In this document: in pieces, positions 24,616 to 36,086 of the stretch
Position numbering within the stretch: the first letter of the stretch is position 1
Layout of the letters: every line of letters starts with the position of its first letter
Assembly: GCA_002189035.1 (NCBI GenBank)
Contig: CM007991.1
Coordinates: forward strand, 1,240,001 to 1,304,000
DNA from: Utricularia gibba
Taxonomy: Eukaryota; Plantae; Magnoliophyta
DNA length: 64,000 bases
Reading direction: 5' to 3'
Program-made: the position numbers and the translations under genes
The notes under the pieces: generated by a model
What the model was told of the DNA's origin: nothing
The model's input: the letters and a program-made list of their open reading frames with translations, nothing else
The model's database searches: none

Positions 24616-26201
24616 ATGATGTCTAGTGAGGCCTTCTTTGTTCCTACAAACCCTAGTTCTAACACCCCTCTTCCTCCTCCTGCTCCTCCTAGAAAGAAAA
24701 GGAATCTCCCCGGAACACCAGGTAATGATGATTTCTTTAGTCATCTCGATGTACACGTGTACGGTACTGATCCATTGGGATCACAGATCCGGATGCAGAA
24801 GTCATCGCTCTCTCGCCCCGGAGCCTCATGGCCACCAACAGATTCGTCTGTGAGATATGCAACAAGGGTTTTCAGAGGGATCAGAACCTGCAGCTCCATA
24901 GAAGAGGGCATAATCTTCCATGGAAGCTGAAGCAGAGAAACAGCAAGGAGGAGACGAGGAAGAAGGTCTATATTTGCCCAGAAAAAGGATGTGTACACCA
25001 TGACCCCTCACGTGCTCTGGGAGACCTCACCGGGATCAAGAAGCATTTCAGCAGGAAGCATGGAGAGAAGAAGTGGAAGTGCGAGAAGTGCTCCAAGAAA
25101 TATGCGGTTCATTCTGATTGGAAAGCTCATTCTAAAACCTGTGGCACTAGAGAGTATAAATGCGACTGTGGAACGCTTTTTTCCAGGTTCATTTAGTTTG
25201 ATTCCAGTTCAAAAAGTTAACTGTGTTTTCATTATAAACGTTCTGATTCTAGGAGAATCCGGCCAAGATGGCCGGGTCTCTTATGATCTAGTTGCATGGT
25301 TGAATTTAATGTTTGTTTGTACTGAGGTGGAGGCAATTAATGTTCTTTGCCGAATGATTGGGTAATAATTGCAGGAAGGATAGCTTCATTACACACAGAG
25401 CTTTCTGCGATGCTTTGGCTGAAGAAAGGGAAAGAGTGAGTAAAGCTCATGGAGGAGTGGGCGCGTTGAGCTTCGGTGGGAATCTGATGAGTTCCCAGGG
25501 TAATTATCACAGTGGAGGCGGCGGAGAGTTCGCCGGAAACACCTTGTTTTCCGACAAGGCTAGATTGCCTCTTTGGATGGATCTCCAGGGCTCGAATATC
25601 TTCACGGCTTCCAATCAAGGTGACGCGGTTCAAATGCACTCGGGTAACTTGTTCAACCCAATGGCGAGCTACGGAAATTCAGCTTTAATACCGAATGCGG
25701 CAACGGGGTGCTCAGAAAATTTAAACTTTAGTAAATCCTCCCCGGCGGCGCCGATGTCGGCGACGGCGCTACTTCAGAAGGCAGCTCAACTGGGCAGCAC
25801 AACGTTGCTGGGGAATTCGATGAGAGCTATGAGTTCTGCAGCGTCTCCCGGCGGCAGCCGCGACGAGCTCCACCAGGTACATCCCCCAAAATAATACTTC
25901 CATATTCCCTCCGGCAGCGCCATCACAGAGCCCAACGCCTTTTTATTATCAACTTCGTTTTCTTCTTAAATATTAATACACAAGAATGGTGATTGTTCAG
26001 GCAAGAAGAGCACAATCAGCAGTGGGAGCATACTCTTCTCCCTTTCACCATGGAATGCAGGAGGTGGAGGATAGTCTGACAAGGGATTTTCTCGGCGTGG
26101 GTGACGACGGCGGTGGCAGGCCCTTTTTGCCGCCGGAGTTTGCTAGGTTTGCCTCCATGAACTCCGGCGTCGGCCTCGCCCACTTCACCAGCCTCCCATA
26201 G
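24616..26201 (+). CDS. INDETERMINATE-domain C2H2 zinc-finger transcription factor (4 exons; JKD/MGP-like)
   Basis: KKRNLPGTP|DPDAEVIALSP..LMATNRFVCEICNKGFQRDQNLQLHRRGH. Four zinc fingers, MSATALLQKAAQLG and LTRDFLG motifs. Confidence 0.93.
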
Positions 26202-27767
26202 ACCAAAAACACAAAAAAGGAGATCAGCATGTATGTTTTATTTCCTTTCCATTGATCAAACTTTAGGGTGTGTATTAAATGACAATCAATTTTCTCAATG
26301 AAGTTGAATCTTAAAGACACAACACATGAGATAGTGTAGAATTTGGTCTGCATCAATTTCTAAAATGTGTTGTCATTAAAAAAAACAATGAAATGTTAAA
26401 AAATGCATTGTTACAAGTCTTTTTAATAATCAGAATTGAACTGATTTAATCCATGAAAGTTCATACTAATAATTTGATTGTAGTTAAATTATTTTAAAAT
26501 ATAAAAAAATAAACTAAAATTATCTTTCAAATGTCAAATTCACACATATTATACGATATTATCGAAAACACTCAAATCATTATAATTTTACATATTTACT
26601 CCCGGAAAAAAAACTTTATATGATATTATCAAAGTCTTTATATTTAAATATATTTATTTTCTTATCCGTAAACAATATTGGATATTGTCACCTGACCCCT
26701 AGCCTAACATTAATTGAAATGTCTTAAATAATATTTTTAAAATCTGAACTCCTATACATGATCATATTTAACTATTATATTTAATTAATTATTACACCCT
26801 TTATACCCGGTACCGCTTAAAAAGGGGGAAAGAAATCAAATCATGCGGTGACAAATCAATTTCATGGACTACTAGTACACCAAGACGTGTGATGCAGGGT
26901 ATTCTAAATTTGATATAATTATTATTATTTAAAATAACTAATAATATCAAGTTGGAGGTGTGTCACTATACGATTGGTGAGATATCACCCTGACCCGAAA
27001 TTCCAAGTGAAACTTATTTAATATTTTAAACCATCGCATTCCAATATAAAATAATACTAATAATAGAGTGCATAGAATAATGCAATTTAATTGAAAGAAA
27101 ACCTGATTAAAAAAATCACCGACAGTAATTTAATTGCGTTGACTAGGTGGGGAGGGGGCCCCCAACGATATGGGCCTTGAGATGGCACCCCGGCTCAATG
27201 CGTTATCCAATTAAACACGGGCTTTCGGGCCCATTTATCTGGTTAAAGTTCATCCGCTGCTCATATGGGTTGTTTGGCCCAATGCTGACGGAAAATACGA
27301 TATATATGCAGTTTTTTTTATAAGAATATGGTCACAATTCGACAAAAAAATACGTCTATATATTATATATTATCAAGGTCATATTTGACTGTGGTTATAT
27401 TGCAATGTTTTAAATCGTGAGAAAAACTATGAATCTTTCGTATAAATGGTTTATGATTTGAAAAAAAAAAATTTAGATTATAATTGAACTCATAAAATTT
27501 TTTATCAATGTCAATTTATATTACGTACAGTGATGTAAAAAAATACATCATTTTTATCATTTAGTTTAGATTATAATTGGAAGAGGATGGGTCCTAATTG
27601 CATTCATTATTTCCTGTGTACTAAGCACAAAATTACTGCCGAGTACGAGAAGAGGAGACACCAAAATAGCAAGACCACACATACAATACAATACAATACA
27701 ACACAGCAGCACTTGAGGGTTTGAAACTCGGCGGCGCGTTGTGCCACCGGTTGGTTCCGGTGACTTT

Positions 27768-28853
27768 TCAGTAGGAGCTCTTGAAAGAACCCAAAGCTTT
27801 GACGGCGCCGGCTCTCAGGATGAACTGGTGGTACAGCATTGCCACAAATGCTCCGATGAGGGGTCCCACCCAGAAAATCCACTGCATAAAATAATATTAT
27901 TAATAAGCGTGATTTAATAATGTATATTATCTTCTGGTGCAGTTGATCTACATCTTGCCATTTGAAATAAAAAAAAAAATGGGTGTCTTACGTGATTATC
28001 CCATGCCTTGCCAAAGATCACGGCGGCGCCGAAGCTTCTAGCGGGGTTGATCCCGGTGCCGGTGACTGGAATTGTGGCTAGATGAACCATAAAAACTGCA
28101 AACCCAATTGGAAGTGGAGCCAAAACCTGGGGAAAAAGAAAAGATTATTAAAATATTGGCTGTGGCAAAAGGGGGAAAAAAATGTGAAAGCGGTTGCTTA
28201 CGGGAACATGGGAGTCTCTTGCGTTTCTTTTGGGATCAGTTGCGGAGAAGACAGTGTACACGAGGACAAATGTTCCGATTATCTCCGCTGCCAGGCCGGT
28301 GCCGATGCTGTAGCCGCTCGACAGTCCGTTAGCTCCGCCGCCGTACTCGTTGTAATGCGCCGTCTGAAACGCCTTAGCCAGTCCGCAGCCGCATATGGCG
28401 CCCAAGCACTGTGCGATGATGTACAGAACGGCCCGAACAAGAGAAACTTTTCGCGCCAGGAAAAGCCCAAATGTCACCGCCGGATTAATGTGTCCACCTA
28501 AAAAGTAAAATAAAATTAATATGATTTTAAGGAGAAAAAAGAATTTCCCAAGTCAACTTCCACTCACCGGAGATGCCGGCAGTGCAGTATACAAGGACGA
28601 AGATCATGCCACCGAAGGCCCAAGCAATGCCGAGAATTCCGACGCCGCCGCAAGCATCGGTGGCGCTCTGGCTCTTGTATCCGATAACGGTCAAGACGGT
28701 GACGTACAAAAACAAAAGAGTAGCGATGAACTCGGCGATCACCGCCCTGTACAACGACCATTTCCCGAGCTCCTCCGGATCGATGAGCGGCGCCGGCGGC
28801 GGGTCCTGGTAGTCCTTAGCGATCTCACCTCCGACCTCGATATCCTTCGCCAT
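27768..28853 (-). CDS. PIP2: Plasma-membrane aquaporin PIP2 (4 exons)
   Basis: [23 protein letters not shown] start. Two NPA boxes ([15 protein letters not shown]). Ends [10 protein letters not shown]. Exons 28853-28568, 28497-28202, 28126-27992, 27881-27768. Confidence 0.96.
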
Positions 28854-29448
28854 TTGCTGCCGGTGTTGGTCGATCGGAGACAAGTGCTCTCCTTCCCTTT
28901 TGTTCACTGTTGGTGAGGGAAAACTTTCGCTAAATACCGATCTACTTATACGGCCTACCGGCAGTGAAGTTTCTAGTGACAGGGCCGCCCCACTGCATCT
29001 CCGATGATTAGACCGGGGCCCACCAACCCGCCTCCCAACCAATCACAAATTTCCACCTTTCGTACAATTATTGGGTCTTTTTTTATACACCAATTAAGAT
29101 AGAGCAGGTATGCCCCAAAGTCCACTTCTTCCCTTTGAGAGTGCACATCTCCTTCCTTGTACTTAGATTCCCATTGCAAATTGCATACCTTACTTACCAA
29201 TCCCCTAAAACCATATAATTCAACATATCCATCTTCAAATAAATGATGTGCACGCTCGACCCGACTTCTTCGTTTTCGAATCGAATTTCGTCAAGAATAT
29301 TATCCTATTAGAGTCATGTACCACTTAGGACCAACCAACATTACATTGCAAATGAACCTCAAAACTCCACATCAAACACTGGGTTCAAGTGCCATCAAGG
29401 TTACATCAGGATATACCAGGTGGCGCTTCTGGAAGGCCAGATCGACCC

Positions 29449-29605
29449 GACACGTGTCCACGCGAGAGATGGCGACGCATCGCGCTGCCGACTTGGTTGC
29501 ACGGGCGCCGTCCATTTGTTGGGCTTGGACGGCGGACAAGGGGCTGGAAGTCGTCCTCAGTTACTCGTGCGTCGCCACGTCGATTTCGCGTAGGATCGCA
29601 CGTGG
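29449..29605. promoter_or_regulatory. ABRE/G-box cluster upstream of PIP2
   Basis: GACACGTGTC (29449), adjacent CCACGCG, GCCACGTC (29574) and GCACGTGG (29598), in a GC-rich island 600-750 nt upstream of the PIP2 ATG. Confidence 0.5.
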
Positions 29606-30241
29606 TCATCGGGGAGTGCTGGTGGTATGAGAATGAACGGCCCAGATGCTTTGGTCGGCAAGTTTGGTTTAGTAAATTGTGCATAGTTCGGCTCTTAAAT
29701 GCCAGTATTGATTTTAATGCTTAATTGCTTTTATTACAGTCAGCTCTATTGAATTTCAATGCTCATAAATATCCTCGTCATTTTTTTTTCCCATTTTTTG
29801 ACTAATAATACTAACAGAAAATGGTGAAATTGTTTTCTTTTTCCGCATCGCCCATAATTCTCATTGCCTCATGAAGGCCTCGATATCGGGCCGACCTTTT
29901 TGGACAGGGCCCATACTCGAAGGAAACGCTATTGGGCTGTTCTGGCCCTTGATTATTAACGCCCATTGGGTTGGAACAAGGGGCCCAACCCATTCTTTTT
30001 TTTTTCGATTTTAAATATTTATTTAATAAGTTCTCCATTTGCAGTCTGAATCATAAAATTCGATTTGGACGGCGGAACCGAAGTTTGGTTTTGCCATTGG
30101 AATTGGATGGAACTAAAATTGCGTGAGATACACAGCTGCTTCATCCCATTTACTAACCTCCTAGGGGCAATTCGGGAAAACTGGAACAAAAAAAAACACG
30201 ACCACCGTGAATCCGCCGCCAGCTCCACCGGAATGATCTGT

Positions 30242-30433
30242 TTATGATGCGGATTCATCGCGCGAGTAGCAAGACTCACCCATCTTCGAATCCCCGGGCA
30301 TCTCTTCAACCTCTTCCTCTTCCTCGGCGATCGTTTCCAGCGTCGGAGAAATTCCCAGCTTCTGATGAAGAACCACCGCCGGCGGCGCCGCCTCCAGCAC
30401 CCAGAGTCCCCGCATCTCGACTTTTTTCGCCAT
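30242..30433 (-). CDS. 63-aa intronless microprotein with SPTLETIAEEEEE motif
   Basis: GC-rich ORF with a TATA-like (TA)n about 60 nt upstream (30492-30501) and a pyrimidine-rich leader. PxLETIxEE is a motif recalled from small uncharacterised plant proteins. Confidence 0.7.
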   Translation of the reverse strand: MAKKVEMRGLWVLEAAPPAVVLHQKLGISPTLETIAEEEEEVEEMPGDSKMGESCYSRDESAS

Positions 30434-31482
30434 TTAGGAGAAGAAATTTTTCTGGTTTGGGTTATGAGAGAGAACCCAGGTAGAAGAGAGAGATATATAT
30501 AGATAGGACCAGAGACGGGAATGTGGACGGAAAAAGGAGCATCTGGGGGAGATGTGAAATGAGAAACTTGGAGGAAAGGGGAAGCGACTTTGACTACCTT
30601 TAGTGTGCTTTTTTTAATTATTAAAACAATTTTCCAGAAATTAATGCCACCTGTCAATGCACACTGTCATTTGATTATGTTAAAAAAAGCATTTAATATT
30701 GTACTTAATTGTACCAGTATTATAATTTACATTTTTTAAATATAATTTATCCCATAATGTCTACATTTAACGGGGACTCAGGTGTAACACTTGAGACCAA
30801 GAATGGAAAGCTGGGGCCTTGAATTACAACACGTTGAAAATTCAAAAGGCTTTCTAACGCAACGTGGAAATTCAACATTGAATTCTACAATTTATCACGT
30901 GATCTAAAACACAAATTGGCAATTTGCAATTGTTTAATTAATTCAATTTAGGTTCTTGCAGTTTAGTTTTGGAAATATTTTTTTCATTATTTGGAAAAAA
31001 ATGTCCATTCAGATAATATCAAAAGTTAAAAAATTGTTGATTCATACTACTAATATTAATCGTTTCGAAGCTGGTTTGGAGGCGGTGTCGTTGCATTATG
31101 AGAAAATTGATAATTAAAAAAAGTACGTTTTGTTTTTTAATGAGCATGTTTATTTGTAATATTAATCAAGCGTAGGTGTTTAAGAGTTAAAAAGTCTACA
31201 AATTAAATTTTCGAGAAAAGTCAGAATATGGCCGCTGCGGTAAATAAATTAAAGCTCCTAGTTTTAATCTCAACAGCTAAAAGCTATATCTTTAATAATT
31301 GGAAAAGTCAATTTATTTTAAATATATAATATATGAATTAAAAAGGAAAAAAAAAAAAAGAGAAAGCAAATTTGTAATTTTATGCACATTTTTTATTTCA
31401 AACAGACAAACACAAACAAACGAACAAACATTGATCAGAGATCCTCTCCTGGGTGGGATACCAGGTGAAAGTTGAAACAGAG

Positions 31483-33944
31483 CTAACAAATGGGAAGAGG
31501 AGCGCCGTTCCAGCCACTGAGACACTTCAACAGGGGATCAACGATCAGACCGTTGCTCACTGCCGTGAACACTTTTTCTGCTTCTTCACCTGGGGAAGTC
31601 ACTTTTTCTCCGGTCAAGTATGCGGTGGCGAGCTCCTCCCTGACGAACTTGTACAGAGGATATGATCTGCACTCCGATATTCTGTTGGGGATAGCTGGCT
31701 TCCCGTTCTCTAATGCGGTTCTGGCACTCTCAACCTCCTTGGGCAACAGGGTGTTCAGTTCTCCCTCGAAGGCTTCTATCTTTTGGAAGATCGAAGTGTT
31801 GACGTTCTTCTCGTTTTCGCCGTTCTTCAAAGCGTGATCCACCAGAACTTGTCTGAGTTTCTGCATCAGTGGGTAGTTTGCGCTGCAGGGATCGTCAATG
31901 TAAGCGAAGACGTATTCACGATCAACGACGCGGAGGAGTTCCTTTTCGCAGAAGCGTGAGGGATGAAGCTCGCCGTTGACACCGGTGGTTAGGTTCCGCT
32001 TGGCTACGTGGCTCACGGTGTTCTTCACGGCGTGGCGGAGATTCTCCTCCAGATGACGGAGATCAATGGCTTGGCAGAGGGCAATGAGATAAGTAGAAGA
32101 CATGAGTTTCAGGATATCCAGAGCTTCAACTGTTTTCCTGGAAGAGATCAATCCGAGGGAGTTCACATCCTGGTTATGCTGCTCTGCACTCTGAACATGA
32201 TTTGTCACTGGATTTGCCAAAAACTGAAGCTCAGAGCAGTAGGATGCCATGGCGATCTCAGCTCCTTTGAAACCATAATCGAGGCTTGGGTTTCTTCCAC
32301 CGGAGAGATTTGAAGGTAACCCATTGTTGTAGAAATCGTTCACCAGCTCTGAAAACTGAGCAAACATCAGCTTCCCAATAGCCGCAATGGCTAACCTTGC
32401 ATTATCCATGGCGGTTCCAATCGGGGTACCCTGAAAGTTCCCACCATGCAAAGCTTTGTTCCTGGAAACGTCAATCAATGGGTTGTCATTCACAGAGTTG
32501 ATTTCCCTCTCAATCATCTTCGTTGCTGTTCTGAGAACTTCAATTTGAGGTCCCAGCCACTGGGGTGATGTTCTCAGAGCATAACGATCTTGCTTCGGCT
32601 TCTGCAATGGATCCATTTCATGGAGTTTTTGAGCCGCTTTCACGTAAGCGCTTCCATCTAGAATATGTTCCATTATCGCAGCGGCTTCGATTTGCCCAGG
32701 ATGATGCTTCAGTTTATGGGTCAAATGATCTGTAAACTCTGGCTTCCCATTCATAACCTCAGCGAAAACGGCGGATAAGACTTCCGATAAAACCGCAAGA
32801 ATGTTGGCTTCGTAGAGTGCAATGGAGGCCAACCCTGATCCAACGGCGGTACCGTTAACGAGAGCAAGGCCTTCCTTGGGCTGCAATTCGAAGAACCCAG
32901 AATCGACGCCGGCGAGTTTGAACGCCTCCGCCGCGGAAAGGGTTTCTCCGTTGGGTCCTACCGCTTTAGAATTGGGTCTTCCAGTGAGTAATCCGGCGAT
33001 GTAGGATAGCGGGACGAGATCGCCGGAAGCGGTGATGGTACCGCGGAGCGGTAAACAGGGAGTAATGTTGCTGTTGAGGAATTGGGTGAGTGTTTCCAAA
33101 ATCTCAAAACGGATGCCGGAGTAGCCCTGGAGGAGGGTGTTGATCCTGACGAGCATCGCCGCCCGTGTGGCTGTTTGCGGGAGCGCGTGGCTCCCCTCCA
33201 CCCCGTTGCCGAAAATTCCGGCGTTAAGAAACCTGAAAAAATAACCAGAAAATCACATTCCGGCACGTGGCTTCATCTCTTGCAGTTGTGTATTCAATGA
33301 ATAATGATTAGCATAATCTAAACGAACAATAAAGACGTGAATAATACTGTACGGCTCCTTTCCCAAGTTCACATTAAATTAATCATCACTAAAACCTAAT
33401 TTAATATGCAACTGCCCTAAATTAACAGAGCTTCCCTAAATTGTAATTTAATATATTGAACCTAACCGCCTCCACCTACGAACCATGCTCGTGACTTCCG
33501 TACGTCGTTTATCAGTACAGAAAGCGCAAGATGGGCTGCTTCTAGACACCGGAAAAGACGGGAGTTTTACCTGATGAGCTCTCTCTGTAGAGCGCCGCCC
33601 TGTTTAGTTCTCCGGTGGGAGGTAGCGCCGAATCCGGTGGTGACGCCATAGCTATCAGTGCCCTTATTCATGCTCTCCATGATCCAGTCACTGCTCGCCT
33701 TCACCCCAGCCCTCGCCGACTCCGCCAGCGCCACCGTGACATCCCCTGCGGCGATCCCCGCCACTTGCCCCACCGTCAAAGTCTCCCCTCCAATCAAAAC
33801 CTCCCCCTTCCGGAAATCAGCCACCATCTTCTTCACCTCATCCAAATGGCTCCCCCTAAGCGCCGCCGCCGCTGCTTCCCAGTTCAAGGGATCATCATTC
33901 TGTTTCAAGCAGAACCCATTTTGCAGGTGCCCATTTGCAGCCAT
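31483..33944 (-). CDS. PAL: Phenylalanine ammonia-lyase (2 exons: 33944-33571, 33232-31483; 707 aa)
   Basis: MIO motif [17 protein letters not shown]. Intron in the conserved Arg codon (ELIR|FLNAG). Phe at the substrate-selectivity position indicates PAL, not PTAL. Ends WNGAPLPIC*. Confidence 0.98.
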
Positions 33945-34037
33945 TGCCGTCCTCTGCAAACGCTCAGATTTCAGAAATCTCTAAAGATTGTTCAGTGGGA
34001 TGAGATTTCTGAAGACGTATAGTGGAGAAGCAGGTCC

Positions 34038-34310
34038 TTAAATAGATGACCGTGTAATTTGATATACGTAGACATATCGGTAGGTGAGGGGAGGAGCTTG
34101 AAGAGAAGGTGGGGGAGTCGGCTCGTCAATAAGTTTCGAAGGGAGTTGGTTGAGAATTCATCTCAGCCGTTGGTTGATTAGATTCCGACGTATGAGATCG
34201 AGGTGTGTGGATGATGACTTGGCTACGTTTTTTCTGTGTGTTTTTGTAGGTGAGTCTTTTTTGGTCCAAATTGGTTGTCGGATGTGGTTCCCCGCCGTGT
34301 GGTTGGTGAG
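34038..34310 (-). promoter_or_regulatory. PAL promoter with AC elements (MYB sites) and TATA-like box
   Basis: On the minus strand: TATTTAA (34038-44), ACCTACC (34079-85), CAACCAAC (34145-52), TCACCTAC (34246-53) and ACCAACC (34301-07). Confidence 0.75.
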
Positions 34311-35886
34311 CGATGGCTTAAGCAGCCTTAATTACTCTCTAATAATTACAATAATCGCTTAATTTTTTATTAACCTCCAAAATATTACGAACCATAATTC
34401 ATTATTCTACCCCGAGCCTAGGGTTTGCAGTCCACCGTCTAGATGGAATGCCACTGACCAATAAGAGTGGTGCACGTCAGAAATGGCAGATTCTTTAATC
34501 CATAACTGGAATACCGTTGAAATTTCTCGTCAAAACCTTTAATGCGACTGTTATTTCATATTCTTTGGATTTAAAAATAAGACGAACGTGTAACTAGCGG
34601 TTCAATTTTGAAAATAGGCATTTAAAAAATTAAAATTAAATATGATGAATTTTTTAATTAAGTCGGTGGCAGTAAAATGAGGGTAATAGCTAACTGAATC
34701 AATTCGAAATCTGACCATCTGTTAGAAAGTGTGTGATAAAATTGGACATTTGTAATATAATTTTTTTAATTTAATATATGATATAAAATGTATGATGGCA
34801 ATTTTTGTAAATAATCCCAATTACTATAACTAGCGATGAGAATTCATATGTAGTAGAGAGGGGGTAGGTGGAACATGGGGGACTTCCGCAAACCAAACCC
34901 AATACAAAACAGTTCACATTGAGCTATATTTTATTTTATTTTTTATAAAAAAACAGATGTTAAAATATTGACCAGAAATTTAAAATGAATTTAACCAATT
35001 TTTAATTTAGCCATGAATTTATATTGAATTTTTTTATAATTAATTATATTTAAATATAAATATAAATATATTATTTTAATTAATCACATTGAATATATTA
35101 TTCGATTGAATAATGAATTTGAATTGAACTCGATATAATTTCATATTACGTTAGTTTTACTTTCTCTTCTTAGACGAGGCCGAGTCCTCATTTAGATTCG
35201 ACATAATGTTACAATTCTACTCGTTATTTAGTTATTATATCAAATGCCACGATTTCATGTAATGTGGAAGAAAGAATAACAGGTTCAATCTCAGCTAACT
35301 AAGCATGCAATTAGACACCTAACCACCCAAGACACGGGAGCCAGAGCGTGAGCCCCATTGGCATACAAGTGGACACAGATTTACAACCATAACCAGACCC
35401 ATCATCGTTTTAGGTATATCTTTAAAAAATAATATCCAGATTAATATCATTTACCAACCACATGATAAATCATTTTCCCTTATTATTATTATTTCTCTAA
35501 ATAATTTTTATTTCAGAGAATATAACAAAAATCGAGGATGGTGTTTCCATCGTGATACACATGGTTATATTTAAAATAGTGATGTCAAATTTGTAAGAAG
35601 AATTTTAAATGTGCTGCAAAAAAAAAGAATGTTGAAATTATAGTAATATTCGATATTTTGAAAAACCATGTGGTATAATTGATTATTTAAAAAAATGAGG
35701 AGTTTTCTGTGAAGGACACATTGGGGTTTGAAGTCAAATCGGGACAGCAATTGGTCGTCTTTTGCCCCCCCTTGCCCCTGGGACGCATGTGGTTCATGCT
35801 CCTGCATATCAAAGTGGCTTTGAGCCCGAGGACTCACGTGCCTTTTTATCGTGTGGTTTTTTTGTCATTTACTGATATGTATTGGG

Positions 35887-36010
35887 TGGGCCGAATGGTA
35901 CAATTGGGCTTTGAATAATAAAGGGAATGTGTTCTATGGGCCCATCTGGAATGAAACCTGAAGAGTTCAGCAGATGGACTGACGAGTGACGGGGCGCTCT
36001 TAAACCCTAA
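35887..36010 (+). promoter_or_regulatory. Site II elements plus telo-box upstream of the PPR gene
   Basis: TGGGCC at 35887, TGGGCT at 35905, ATGGGCCCAT at 35936 and AAACCCTAA at 36002-36010. This combination is known from translation-machinery genes. Confidence 0.7.
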
Positions 36011-36086
36011 CCATGGAGAATGCTTTCTCTGTGAATTACCTTCGGCGACGAGTGTATCACTGATTCAGTCAGTAGCGGGGGTCGAA

